Positions 28,012-38,437 of a DNA stretch of 64,000 bases are shown here, piece by piece (position 1 is the first letter of the stretch; each line of letters opens with the position of its first letter). The DNA is taken from the NCBI GenBank assembly GCA_963662585.1, contig OY759729.1, positions 12,317 through 76,316 of the forward strand, given 5' to 3'. The notes beneath the pieces were generated by a model. It ran no database searches. It had not been told where the DNA came from and worked only from the letters and a program-made list of their open reading frames with translations. This stretch comes from Candidatus Cloacimonadales bacterium (GTDB taxonomy: Bacteria; Cloacimonadota; Cloacimonadia; Cloacimonadales; JAFGVF01). A program made the translations under genes and the position numbers.

Positions 28012-29490
28012 ATGAAGAACTTAACACCTCAACAAAATAAAGTATTAGAAAATACTATTCAACGCTGTAAAGAGAGAAATATAATAATACCTACTTATAA
28101 ACAAATGAGAAACCCTGAACTTGTTCCTGGGAAAATTGTAGATAAACTTAAAAATGTTGGTCTATGGGACTTAAATCCACTTAATTTGTTTAGAATAACT
28201 TGGAAAAATGAACCCACTAAATTTGGGGGTGGATTCCAAGGTGTAAATCATTTGATTATTCCTCCTGAATTAAGTGGTATAAAAAGCAATATTGTTATTC
28301 TGATAGGTAAATATTTCCCAACGGGTGCCCATAAAGTTGGAGCAACATTTGGACCTTTAGTTGAAAAACTAGTTACTGGAAGATTCGATCCTACTACTCA
28401 AAAAGCTCTCTGGCCTTCAACTGGAAATTACTGTCGTGGTGGAGCATATAATTCAGCTTTGTTAGGATGTGAATCTATTGCTGTCTTACCTGAAGAAATG
28501 TCAGCTGAAAGATTCAGTTGGTTAAAAGAAATTGGTGCAGAAGTATTTGCAACTCCAGGATGTGAATCTAATGTGAAGGAAATTTATGATAAGGCTAAAG
28601 AATTGCTACACGAAAGAGGTGATACAATCGTTAACTTAAATCAGTTTGCGGAAATAGGGAATCCTCTTTGGCATTATGCTGTTACTGGACCAGCTATGCA
28701 AGAGGTGTTTGAATCCATTAAAGGTGAGAATGATACTTTCTCAGGATTATTCTTAACTCAAGGTTCAGCAGGTACTTTAGGTTCTGGTGATTATCTTAAA
28801 GAACAATATCCTCATCTAAAAATTGCAGCTGGTGAAGCAACTCAATGTCCAACTTTACTTTATAATGGATATGGTGGACACAGAATCGAAGGTATTGGTG
28901 ATAAACATGTACCTTGGATTCATAATATTAAAAATATGGATATGGCTATAGCTGTAGATGATAATGATGTCATCAATGTTATGAGACTATTTAATGAAGA
29001 AGAGGGACATAAACTTCTTAAAGCCAAGGGTATTAATGAAGAACTTATTAATAAACTTAATTTACTTGGTGTCTCTTCTATTGCAAATATGTTAGGTTGT
29101 ATCAAAATGGCTAAGTACTATGAGTATGATGAAAATGATTATCTCTTTACTGTTGCTACTGATTCAATGGAAATGTATCAATCTAGAATTCTTGAATATC
29201 GTAAAAAACAAGGAGAATATAACAATACTCTTGCAAATATTCATTTTGAGAAGAACATCATGGGTATTAAAACAGATGATATTATTGAAACTACCTACTA
29301 TGATAAACGAAGAATGCATAATCTAAAATACTTTACTTGGATTGAACAACAAGGAAAAACTGTTGAAGAATTAAATGCCCAGTGGTATCAAAAAGATTAT
29401 TGGACTTCGCAATACTCTCAAGTTAATCAGTGGGATGAATATATCGAAGAATTTAATGCTCGTACAGGGCTAATGGATGCACTTAAGTAA
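28012..29490 (+). CDS. PLP-dependent fold-type II enzyme (Trp-synthase-beta superfamily; OrtB/lyase-thiolase-like)
   Basis: PTGAHKVGA (candidate PLP lysine), STGNYCRG and QGSAGTLG blocks. 492 aa. Family assignment is tentative. Confidence 0.45.
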   Translation: MKNLTPQQNKVLENTIQRCKERNIIIPTYKQMRNPELVPGKIVDKLKNVGLWDLNPLNLFRITWKNEPTKFGGGFQGVNHLIIPPELSGIKSNIVILIGKYFPTGAHKVGATFGPLVEKLVTGRFDPTTQKALWPSTGNYCRGGAYNSALLGCESIAVLPEEMSAERFSWLKEIGAEVFATPGCESNVKEIYDKAKELLHERGDTIVNLNQFAEIGNPLWHYAVTGPAMQEVFESIKGENDTFSGLFLTQGSAGTLGSGDYLKEQYPHLKIAAGEATQCPTLLYNGYGGHRIEGIGDKHVPWIHNIKNMDMAIAVDDNDVINVMRLFNEEEGHKLLKAKGINEELINKLNLLGVSSIANMLGCIKMAKYYEYDENDYLFTVATDSMEMYQSRILEYRKKQGEYNNTLANIHFEKNIMGIKTDDIIETTYYDKRRMHNLKYFTWIEQQGKTVEELNAQWYQKDYWTSQYSQVNQWDEYIEEFNARTGLMDALK

Positions 29491-30025
29491 TCCTAAAGTA
29501 TTAATTTTATCAGGCGGAAAGAGTTCCAGGTATGGTTCTCCTAAAGCCTTAATTAAATATAAAGGAGAGACATTTTTGAACACTATTGTGTCTAAGTGCC
29601 TCTCCTTAGACTTAGAAGTATTCCTTGTTCTAAACACTGAACTTAATACTTTAGTAGATGTAAATGAGCATTGTAAGAGGATTATTGGTGATTCTACTAA
29701 GGATATGTATGACTCAATCATAAAAGGTATAAACTATATAAAAGATTTCTCACAGCTTATTATTTGGCCTGTTGATCATCCTTTTGTTAAGGTTGAAAGT
29801 CTTCATAGATTGATAGAAAACAAAGATGCTAAAAAAGTTATTGTTCCCTCTTTTATTGGAAGACTTGGGCATCCTGTTATGTTACCTTTTTCAAGTGTAG
29901 CTTATCTTAATCAGTGTCAGAATCTTAGAGAATTGATTGAAGTTGTAGGAAGAACTATTATTCAAGTAGACGACAAAGGCATACTTTATAACATAAATAG
30001 TAAGGAAGATTTACCTAATGAATAA
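29477..30025 (+). CDS. MobA/MocA-like molybdenum cofactor nucleotidyltransferase
   Basis: LILSGGKSSRYGSPKAL matches the GG-S-R-G-KAL signature. 182 aa. Adjacent to the XdhC-like gene. Confidence 0.7.
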   Translation: MHLSNPKVLILSGGKSSRYGSPKALIKYKGETFLNTIVSKCLSLDLEVFLVLNTELNTLVDVNEHCKRIIGDSTKDMYDSIIKGINYIKDFSQLIIWPVDHPFVKVESLHRLIENKDAKKVIVPSFIGRLGHPVMLPFSSVAYLNQCQNLRELIEVVGRTIIQVDDKGILYNINSKEDLPNE

Positions 30026-30782
30026 TTATTATAGACATTTATTAGATTTATTAGCAAATAATAAGTTAGGTTGGAGTGTTACAGTAACTAATGTAAAAGA
30101 TTCTTCTCCAGGTAGTTTAGGACAAAAAATGTTAATAGAAAAAGAAAGTGATGAAATATCAGGAACTATTGGTGGAGGAAACTTAGAATATACTATTATT
30201 AATAAAATAAGGAAAGAAGCTCCTAATAAGTTTATGCGTCTAACATATACACTTTCTGAGCAAGCTGAATTAGGTATGGTATGTGGTGGAGATATTGAAT
30301 TGATCATTGAACCAATAAATATTCATGAAAGAGTCATAATATTTGGTGCAGGCCACTGTGCTCAAGCATTAGCTTCAATTTTAAGCAACTTGAATTTTGA
30401 AATGGTGATCTATGATAATCGTGATTCATGGTTAAATCCTGAATCTTTTCCAGCTAATACAAAATTAGTCCATGCAGATTTTCAGGATATTACTAATAAT
30501 TTGGAAATTTATAGTTCTGATTACTTGATAGTAATGACTTATGGTCATGAGTATGATAATATTGTAGCTGAGCAATTGATTAAACTAAATTCAAAATATC
30601 TTGGAGTTATGGGAAGTAAAAGTAAGGCAAAAGAACTTAAAGCATTCCTAGACGAGAATAATTCCCTAGAGAAGATTAGCAAAATTAATTGTCCCATCGG
30701 CTTACCTATTAATTCACGCACTCCTTATGAAATAGCTGTGAGCATTTCTGCTGAGCTAATTAAGATGAGAAATATAAAGTAA
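30018..30782 (+). CDS. XdhC/CoxI-family molybdenum hydroxylase accessory protein
   Basis: N-terminal XdhC_CoxI region with MVCGG; Rossmann-like VIIFGAGHCAQAL. Confidence 0.7.
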   Translation: MNNYYRHLLDLLANNKLGWSVTVTNVKDSSPGSLGQKMLIEKESDEISGTIGGGNLEYTIINKIRKEAPNKFMRLTYTLSEQAELGMVCGGDIELIIEPINIHERVIIFGAGHCAQALASILSNLNFEMVIYDNRDSWLNPESFPANTKLVHADFQDITNNLEIYSSDYLIVMTYGHEYDNIVAEQLIKLNSKYLGVMGSKSKAKELKAFLDENNSLEKISKINCPIGLPINSRTPYEIAVSISAELIKMRNIK

Positions 30783-30927
30783 GTTATTACATAAATACTC
30801 TTTTTATCCCTGTTTTCATTATTGATTTCTAAATACTTGAGCAGCGATTTATTTTAATTAAAGTAATGGATAATAAGATAAATAGCCTAATTAATAATCT
30901 TTATTGGGCAAGAAAATATTAAATAAG

Positions 30928-30956
30928 TTGACATAAATTTAAAAGATATATATATA
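30928..30956 (+). promoter_or_regulatory. putative sigma70-type promoter of sensor kinase gene
   Basis: TTGACA, 17-nt spacer, TATATA. Ends 18 nt before the ATG. Confidence 0.35.
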
Positions 30957-30973
30957 TGATTTAAGAGGATATA

Positions 30974-33900
30974 ATGAGAGAAAATAAAAAAATCTTAGAT
31001 AGAGTAAGAATACTTAATTTTTACATGATACTTGGAAGTTTAGTATTAGTGGCTTCAATATCTATTGTCATTGATTATTATTATTATCGAATTAATTTAG
31101 ATTTTTTGAACACTAAGCGAATATCTGATACTCAACGGAATTTGCAAAATATCAACAATCGTATTAAAAGATTCTCTCAAAATATGTATAGTAATGTCGA
31201 TGATATGATTGTCGATTTAATCAAACAACAAACAGAGCAAGGTAAAGTTGTTGTAGAACACATTTTGCTAAAATATCAGGATAGAACATTTACCGAGAAA
31301 ATGGAGCATATTGAGAATGCTCTAAGAGTTACAAAGTTCTTTAATAATCGTGGATATTATTATATTATGGATAAGAAAGGAAAAATGATTTTCAACTCTG
31401 TTTTCACTGATTTAGAAAATACCATGCTAACAGAAGATGATTACATCCTTTCAGCAAAAAAAGTCATGAGAGAAGGTGATGAAGGTCTCTTTAAAGGAAT
31501 GATGCGAAAACCTGGCTTTAAAGATACTGAATCCTTTTTAAAATGGAGCTACATTTCTCGAATAAAAGACACTGATTGGTATATAGGGACTGGTGAGTAT
31601 TACTATGATTTCATTAAGGAGTATAAAGAAGAATTATTAAAAAATATTAGTATTTTGAGGAATAACCATTATGGTTTCTTCTATATAATTGATATTTCAA
31701 CAGGTAGCTTTATTTTCAAAGATAATGAAATTATAAAAAATCCCGTCAGTATCTATATTTCTCCATCCAAAGATGATGATAAGATTTTTGAAGATGCTAT
31801 AAAGGTTACTCAGAGGGATGGAGAAGGATTTTCAAATTTCTATTTTGCTGAAAATAATATTAGTGGTATAGAAAACGCATTGGTAAATGTTGTTAAAATA
31901 CCAGAATTAAATTGGCTAATTTCTTCAGGAGTTTATCAAGGAGATATAAATTCATATTTCGAGAGTGACAGAGCTCTATTCATAAAGAAAGCAAAAGTTA
32001 ATTTGATTGTTATATTATTTGCAATTACAATGATTATTATTTTTTATAGTTATTTTAATAAGAAAATTATTAACAGATTAAAAGACTTGTTTGAAACCTT
32101 AAAAGCCTTTTTCAAAGATTCTATTCAAACTGATCAATTAATGAATAGAGATAAACTCCATTATGATGAATTTGTTGCTATAGCAGATTCTGTTAATAAA
32201 ATGTTGATAGCTAAAAAGGGGGTATCAGACGCATTAGTAAAAGATAAAATTTATATAGATCAGTTGATGATAGAAAATCCTGAGGCTATTGCCTTGGTAG
32301 ATAAAGATAGTAAAATTATGAAAATTAATCCAGCTTTTACAAAGTTATTTTCATATACAATTGATGAGTGTAAAGGTATAAATATAGACGATTTATTGTG
32401 CTCAAGTAAAGAACTAGAAAATGCTAGGAATAATACTTTAAAAGTGGGAACAGGTATTACTGTACAATTTTATGCTAACCGTATATCGAAAGATGGTAAA
32501 ATAATGAATATGTACATAACTGGAATTCCTGTAATGTACCAGCAAAAAGTACAAGCAGTTTTTGCAATTTATCAAGATAAGACAGAAATGATTAATCATG
32601 AGATTACTTTAAAAATCGCTTCTGATCAAGCATTAGAAGCTGCAAAAACTAAATCACAATTCTTGGCAAATATGAGCCATGAGATTAGAACTCCAATGAA
32701 TGGAGTTATTGGTATGACAGATTTGTTATCGAAAACTGAACTTAATGATGAACAAAAGGATTATGTTGAAACAATAAAAATCTCTGGTGAAAGCTTACTA
32801 AGAGTGATTAATGATATTTTGGACTTCTCAAAATTAGAATCAGGGAAATACAATTTTAACTATACTGATTTTGAATTATCTACATGTATTGAAAAATCTT
32901 TAGATGTAATTGCCTTAAAGGTACAAGAAAAAGGTGTTAAATTGACTTATGCGATTGATAGTGATGTCCCTCTGTATATTAATTCTGACTTTGACAGGTT
33001 AAAACAGGTGCTCATAAATCTTTTAAACAATGCTTATAAGTTCACTAATTCTGGTTACATAAAGGTTAGTGTAAGCAAAGTAAAATATGAAAACAATACA
33101 TACACATTAAAATTCAAAGTATCTGATACAGGAATTGGAATACCACAAGAAAAGATTCATACTATTTTTGATTCTTTCTCTCAAGTTGATTCATCATCTT
33201 CTAGGAATTATACAGGAACTGGTCTAGGACTTGCTATATCAGAGGCGATTGTTCATAATTTTAAAGGTGATATATGGGTTGAATCTAAGCTTAACATTGG
33301 CTCATCAGTTATTTTCACTATAGAAACCGAATCAAGAATAATCACTGATTATAATAACAAGATTAGTACACTTTTAGATGTTAAAGTTGGTATTATTGCT
33401 AGTGAAGAAGAATTTGATAATGTTTCTTCAATATTATCTTCTCGTGTCAATCATGTAGAACATGTTGCTGATAGTGAATCACTTAATGGAATTGATGAAT
33501 TCTATGAAAATTGGGATATTCTAGTTATAGATTATCATCTATTTTCATCTTTTTCTGAAAATATAATGTCTTTTATTACTAAAATTAGTTCTCCAGCGCT
33601 TACAGTTATATTCTTAAAGAATATTAAGGATGAAAAAAGAGAAATTAGCAATATTAATGCTAATATTCACTATTTAAATTATCCTATTCATAAGAACAAA
33701 CTTATCAAAACAATCGGAGTTGTGTCTGGTTTTAGTAAGCCAGATGATAAAGATGAAGAGGTTTTCCCTATTGATTTGATTTCTGAACTTAAAATACTAG
33801 TTGCAGAGGATAATCTTATTAATCAAAAACTAATGCAAAGGCTTTTTAGTAAAATAGGTATTACTGTTGATTTGGCTAATGATGGACAAGAAGCTTTAGA

Positions 33901-34159
33901 AATGGCTTTGAAAGTTTCTTATAACATGATATTTATGGATATACAGATGCCAAGGTTAGATGGTTTGAAGGCTACGGAACAAATCAGGGAAGTATTGAAA
34001 GATAAAGCTCCTACAATTATAGCTTTAACTGCCAATGTTTTACCTGAAGATAAAGAGAAATGTATCGACTCAGGTATGGTTGCATTTTTACCAAAACCTG
34101 TAAAAATAGCAGATATTGAAAAGATCTTGTATAAAATTATCAAAAAGGAGATTTTATGA
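30974..34159 (+). CDS. hybrid sensor histidine kinase (periplasmic Cache-like, PAS, HisKA, HATPase, receiver)
   Basis: Two TM segments flank a ~300-aa extracytoplasmic domain. H-box SHEIRTPMNG; N-box NLLNNAYKFT; GTGLGLAIS; C-terminal receiver with FMDIQMPRLDG. Confidence 0.9.
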   Translation: MRENKKILDRVRILNFYMILGSLVLVASISIVIDYYYYRINLDFLNTKRISDTQRNLQNINNRIKRFSQNMYSNVDDMIVDLIKQQTEQGKVVVEHILLKYQDRTFTEKMEHIENALRVTKFFNNRGYYYIMDKKGKMIFNSVFTDLENTMLTEDDYILSAKKVMREGDEGLFKGMMRKPGFKDTESFLKWSYISRIKDTDWYIGTGEYYYDFIKEYKEELLKNISILRNNHYGFFYIIDISTGSFIFKDNEIIKNPVSIYISPSKDDDKIFEDAIKVTQRDGEGFSNFYFAENNISGIENALVNVVKIPELNWLISSGVYQGDINSYFESDRALFIKKAKVNLIVILFAITMIIIFYSYFNKKIINRLKDLFETLKAFFKDSIQTDQLMNRDKLHYDEFVAIADSVNKMLIAKKGVSDALVKDKIYIDQLMIENPEAIALVDKDSKIMKINPAFTKLFSYTIDECKGINIDDLLCSSKELENARNNTLKVGTGITVQFYANRISKDGKIMNMYITGIPVMYQQKVQAVFAIYQDKTEMINHEITLKIASDQALEAAKTKSQFLANMSHEIRTPMNGVIGMTDLLSKTELNDEQKDYVETIKISGESLLRVINDILDFSKLESGKYNFNYTDFELSTCIEKSLDVIALKVQEKGVKLTYAIDSDVPLYINSDFDRLKQVLINLLNNAYKFTNSGYIKVSVSKVKYENNTYTLKFKVSDTGIGIPQEKIHTIFDSFSQVDSSSSRNYTGTGLGLAISEAIVHNFKGDIWVESKLNIGSSVIFTIETESRIITDYNNKISTLLDVKVGIIASEEEFDNVSSILSSRVNHVEHVADSESLNGIDEFYENWDILVIDYHLFSSFSENIMSFITKISSPALTVIFLKNIKDEKREISNINANIHYLNYPIHKNKLIKTIGVVSGFSKPDDKDEEVFPIDLISELKILVAEDNLINQKLMQRLFSKIGITVDLANDGQEALEMALKVSYNMIFMDIQMPRLDGLKATEQIREVLKDKAPTIIALTANVLPEDKEKCIDSGMVAFLPKPVKIADIEKILYKIIKKEIL

Positions 34160-34773
34160 AAAGGTGTGTTTTATTAATTCTAACTTTCTTTGTTTTATCG
34201 ATGATTCAATTAAATGGTATTGAAACAGAAATATTCAATCAAGATGGGGCTCTTAAAGTTGAAAAAAACGATAGTGATTATCTAAGTGGTTTAGGATTTA
34301 CTGCAGGAAAAATATCAGGTGTAGGTTTTGCATATAGGCGGTATTTTGCTAAAAGTGGAGTTCAATTCACTTTTGGTTTGTTATCAAACGCGGATAAAGT
34401 GCCAAGTTTTCCTGATGAATCATATTCTGATACAAGAAGTAAAACAGGTTGGGATGTTGATGGTTGGTTAAGTTTTATGTATTTAAGAACTATAAGAGAA
34501 AGCGATGATACTAGATTCTACTATTTTTTGGGAGGAAGTATGAATATTGATTATTCCAAAAAATACACCCAGAATTATGAAAATAATATTGCCTATGGTG
34601 ATCCTATAAAAAAGATTCGTAATGATAATTCTTATTATTTTGGACCAGGAATCGGACTTGATTTTCGAGTAAGTAAATACATCTCATTTATTGTTGAATT
34701 GCCAATATCTATTTCTTCTGATAAAAAGATTGAGACTTACATACCACAAGGAAGCATACAAGTAAAATTTTAA
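34156..34773 (+). CDS. putative small outer-membrane beta-barrel protein
   Basis: Signal peptide; Gly/aromatic-rich strands; C-terminal ...IQVKF. Start overlaps the kinase stop. Confidence 0.4.
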   Translation: MKRCVLLILTFFVLSMIQLNGIETEIFNQDGALKVEKNDSDYLSGLGFTAGKISGVGFAYRRYFAKSGVQFTFGLLSNADKVPSFPDESYSDTRSKTGWDVDGWLSFMYLRTIRESDDTRFYYFLGGSMNIDYSKKYTQNYENNIAYGDPIKKIRNDNSYYFGPGIGLDFRVSKYISFIVELPISISSDKKIETYIPQGSIQVKF

Positions 34774-34892
34774 TAGTTTTAATCTTGTAAATGCAATGTT
34801 CAAAAGTTAAGCATAGATTTAAATTGACTTTCTTCCGGATTTTAATAGAAGAAGCTAATAATTTTAAATAATATATATAATAAGGTGGAGAA

Positions 34893-36107
34893 TTGATGAA
34901 ATTAGAAGGAAAAGTAGTTGTGGCTCAAGGTGGTGGACCAACTGCCGTCATTAATCAGTCATTAGTTGGCGTCGTTTTAGAGTCACGCAAATTTCAACAA
35001 GTAACTAGAGTTTATGGAGCTGAGCATGGAGTCGATGGTATTCTCAATGAGAATTTCTTTGATTTAAGTCAAGAAACAACCAATAATTTAGAAAAAGTTG
35101 CTCAAACTCCATCATCCGCACTCCTTTCAACTAGAGTAAAACCAGATGTTAAGTATTGTCAAGAAATGTTTAAAGTCCTAAAAGCTCATGATGTAAGATA
35201 TTTCTTTTACATTGGTGGGAATGACTCTTCAGACACTGTTAGAATAGTCAATCAAGAGGCTGAGAATGCTTCTTATGAATTTAGAGCTATTCATATCCCC
35301 AAGACAATTGATAATGATTTAGTATTAAATGATCATACTCCTGGATTTGGATCAGCAGCAAGATTTGTAGCAAATGCTTTTGCTGGAGCTAACTTAGACA
35401 ATCGTGCTTTACCTGGCGTTTATATTGGGGTAGTAATGGGAAGACATGCAGGCTTTCTAACCGCAGCCTCAGCGCTAGCAAAGAAATATCCAGATGATGG
35501 ACCTCATTTAATTTACCTTCCTGAAAGAAGATTCCAGATAAGTAAATTTTTAGAAGATGTTAAGAAAACCTATGCTCAATATGGACGCTGTGTTATTGCA
35601 GTATCAGAAGGTATTTCAGATGAGAATGGAATCCCCATTGTTACCAAGTTATCTAAACATCAAGAGATGGATGCTCATGGAAATGTTCAACTTTCAGGTA
35701 CTGGTGCTTTAGGCGATCTATTAGCAGATGAAATTAGAAGTAAATTAAAGATAATGAGAGTTCGCTCAGACACTTTTGGTTATTTACAAAGATCATTTTT
35801 AGATTGTGTTTCTGATGTTGACCAACAAGAAGCAAGAGAAGTAGGGGAGAAGGCAGCTCATTTTGCTATTTGGCACAATTTAGACGGCTCAATAAGTATT
35901 AAGAGAACTGGTAATTATTCTGTTAATTATTCCCTAGAAAAATTAGAAGATATTGCAGGTAAGACTAGAGTTATGCCAGATAATTTTATCTCAGCAGATA
36001 ATAATAATGTTACCCAAGATTTTCTTTTCTATTGCCGTCCTTTAGTTGGATCAGGCTTCAAACAAGCTCATCGTTTAAGAGTACCAAGAGCTGATAAAAT
36101 TTTATAA
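34893..36107 (+). CDS. 6-phosphofructokinase family enzyme (ATP- or PPi-dependent)
   Basis: GGGPTAVIN, IGGNDS, IPKTIDNDL and MGRHAGF motifs. Confidence 0.85.
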   Translation: MMKLEGKVVVAQGGGPTAVINQSLVGVVLESRKFQQVTRVYGAEHGVDGILNENFFDLSQETTNNLEKVAQTPSSALLSTRVKPDVKYCQEMFKVLKAHDVRYFFYIGGNDSSDTVRIVNQEAENASYEFRAIHIPKTIDNDLVLNDHTPGFGSAARFVANAFAGANLDNRALPGVYIGVVMGRHAGFLTAASALAKKYPDDGPHLIYLPERRFQISKFLEDVKKTYAQYGRCVIAVSEGISDENGIPIVTKLSKHQEMDAHGNVQLSGTGALGDLLADEIRSKLKIMRVRSDTFGYLQRSFLDCVSDVDQQEAREVGEKAAHFAIWHNLDGSISIKRTGNYSVNYSLEKLEDIAGKTRVMPDNFISADNNNVTQDFLFYCRPLVGSGFKQAHRLRVPRADKIL

Positions 36108-36118
36108 TTTATAACTAA

Positions 36119-36156
36119 AGTGAGTGTAACATAAATTTGTTACACTCACTTTTTAT
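36119..36156 (+). terminator. rho-independent terminator
   Basis: 12-bp stem AGTGAGTGTAAC / GTTACACTCACT, 8-nt loop, then TTTTTATT. Confidence 0.8.
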
Positions 36157-36321
36157 TAATGATGCTAAGAATATTAACTCCAATTATGAGCTAGAACTGA
36201 AGTACATTATGGAAAGAGATTAGGAATATAACATAGAAATTCTTTGTTAATAAATTAAGACTGATTATCATTTATTATGAACTATTACTAAGATTTATTT
36301 TAACCAAAAAGAGGATTTAAT

Positions 36322-36876
36322 ATGAAAGTAACTAAACAGATTCAAGAAAAGTTATTAGAACATGCAAGATTGGTTATAGAAAACTATTTACAATCAACTG
36401 AATACAGTTATGAAGTTCCAAAAACATCAATTTTAGGTAAAAAACACGGTATATTTTTAACAATTTTTGTTGATGATAAGTTGAGGGGAAGCTTAGGTTA
36501 TGTTGATAGTGAGCAATGTATTATGGAAAGTGTTAATGAATTAGCAAAGGCCGTTTGTGATGGAAGTGAGAAATATCCTAAACTCGAGAAGTTTGAACTT
36601 CCATATTTATCAATTCAGGTCAATATCTTTTCCGCTCTTAAACAGATTTATGAGAAGCAAGAGATAAAAATTGGCAAACACGGACTTTATGTTAATCATC
36701 CTGAGGGTGAAGGTCTTTTGTTTCCTCAAGAAGCTGTTGATATGGATTTCGATGAAGTTATATTTTTAAATGAAGTTTGTCACAAGGCTGGATTACCATC
36801 TTTTACTTGGGAAGATGATGAATGTAAAGTTTATACTTTTGAAACATTAGTTTTTTCTGATAAAGAGAGACATTAG
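36322..36876 (+). CDS. AMMECR1-domain protein
   Basis: GIFLTI...LRGSLG (variant of the LRGCIG motif); HGLYV; GLLFPQ; CHKAGL. Confidence 0.65.
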   Translation: MKVTKQIQEKLLEHARLVIENYLQSTEYSYEVPKTSILGKKHGIFLTIFVDDKLRGSLGYVDSEQCIMESVNELAKAVCDGSEKYPKLEKFELPYLSIQVNIFSALKQIYEKQEIKIGKHGLYVNHPEGEGLLFPQEAVDMDFDEVIFLNEVCHKAGLPSFTWEDDECKVYTFETLVFSDKERH

Positions 36877-36935
36877 GGTTGACTTAATTCTTATTCTAAT
36901 TTTATTGTGATTAATAATAATTTAATGAGGAAAAT

Positions 36936-37538
36936 GTGCAGAGAATTACCAATGAAGAGATATATGAAGAGAAAATAGAGAGAAGTAGATTTATAGTTCA
37001 CTTAAAGTATGTAGAAGAAGTTGAACAAGCAAAAGATTTCATTAGTAATATTAGTAAAGAGCACAAGAATGCAAATCACAATTGTTGGGCTTTTGTGATA
37101 GGGAAAACAGGGGATTATGCTCATAGTTCAGATAATGGAGAGCCCTCAGGAACAGCAGGTAAGCCTATTCTAAATGCTATTAATAAAAGTACTTTAACAA
37201 ATATAGTTGTAGTAGTTACCCGTTATTTTGGGGGAGTCAAATTAGGGATAAGAGGATTAATTGATGCTTATGGAGGCGTAGTAGAAAGAGCTATTTCACT
37301 AAATAAAACTGAAGAACTAGTTGATTACCATTCATTTTCTGTAACAACTACATACGACTTTCATAATATACTCACACATAAATTAAAACAGTTTGATTTA
37401 GAGATTACCTCAACTAACTTTAGTGCAAATGTTGAATTGAATATTTCTATAACAGAAAAGATATTAACAGAATTTACAGATTTTTTAGAAGATTTAAAAA
37501 ATAGTAATAAAATTGAATATATAAAAGAGGAAAAATGA
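36936..37538 (+). CDS. yigZ: YigZ/IMPACT-family (UPF0029) protein
   Basis: IERSRFI, HNCWAF, DNGEPSGTAGKPIL and RYFGGVKLG. GTG start with a GAGGA SD. Confidence 0.8.
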   Translation: MQRITNEEIYEEKIERSRFIVHLKYVEEVEQAKDFISNISKEHKNANHNCWAFVIGKTGDYAHSSDNGEPSGTAGKPILNAINKSTLTNIVVVVTRYFGGVKLGIRGLIDAYGGVVERAISLNKTEELVDYHSFSVTTTYDFHNILTHKLKQFDLEITSTNFSANVELNISITEKILTEFTDFLEDLKNSNKIEYIKEEK

Positions 37539-38419
37539 CTTATTTAAACCTATTAATCATAGTCCTAATGTTGCTAGGCTTATGTACTGCAAATGGCCAA
37601 GATTTTAAAATTGTTGAATCAGAAAGTGGAAAGCCTTATGATTTAGATATTCTCACTGCAGAACTTCTTAATTATGATGTAGTTTTTTTCGGTGAATTAC
37701 ATGATGATTCTTTACTTCATTATTTAGAAGCTGAAATGTTCTCAAGATTAGTTTCTCAGAGTAAAAGCGTAGTTCTTTCTATGGAAATGTTTGAGCGTGA
37801 TAACCAGATAGTCTTATCTAATTATATTAGCAATAAGATAGATTATCCTGAATTTTCTCAAAGTGCAAGGTTATGGCCAAACCACGAGACAGATTACGAG
37901 CCTCTTTTACAAATTGCTAAAGAGTATAATAGAGATGTTATAGCAGCTAATATACCGAGGAGATTTGCCTCTATATTAGCTAGAGAGGGAGAAGATGCTT
38001 TAAGTAAAGTTGATGAAAAAGATAAGAAGTATTTTGCTGAGAAATTACTAGTCTTAGATGATAGGTACAAAACAGAGTTTTATGAAACAATGAGTAGTAT
38101 GTCTAAGCAAGGAATGCCAAATAAATCAGGGCATGATATGATTTTAAATATTTATAAAGCTCAATGTTTAAAAGATGACACCATGGCAGAGTCTATTAAT
38201 AATTATCTTTCTAAAAATCCTGAAAGAAAAGTTCTTCATATTAATGGTGATTTTCATAGTCGTTATTATCTTGGAACAGCACAAAAATTAGCCTTGCTGA
38301 ATAGTAATTTAAAAATAGCAGTTATTGCTCCAGTAACTTTCTCGCCAGGAGATGAATTAGATTGGAGTCCTGAATTCACAGAAGCAGGCGATTATCTCAT
38401 ACTTTTTCATAGAAATTAA
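37535..38419 (+). CDS. ChaN-like (haem-binding/Tiki superfamily) lipoprotein
   Basis: Signal/lipobox-like LLGLCTA; VVFFGELHDDSLLH; QCLKDDTMAESI; HINGDFHS. Confidence 0.6.
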   Translation: MTYLNLLIIVLMLLGLCTANGQDFKIVESESGKPYDLDILTAELLNYDVVFFGELHDDSLLHYLEAEMFSRLVSQSKSVVLSMEMFERDNQIVLSNYISNKIDYPEFSQSARLWPNHETDYEPLLQIAKEYNRDVIAANIPRRFASILAREGEDALSKVDEKDKKYFAEKLLVLDDRYKTEFYETMSSMSKQGMPNKSGHDMILNIYKAQCLKDDTMAESINNYLSKNPERKVLHINGDFHSRYYLGTAQKLALLNSNLKIAVIAPVTFSPGDELDWSPEFTEAGDYLILFHRN

Positions 38420-38437
38420 TAAGGATTAAGAAAATTA

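Noticed and set aside
34774-34892. A possible terminator after the small OMP gene (TTCTTC...GAAGAA).
   Set aside because: The stem is only 6 bp with a 12-nt loop and no T-run, which is not convincing.
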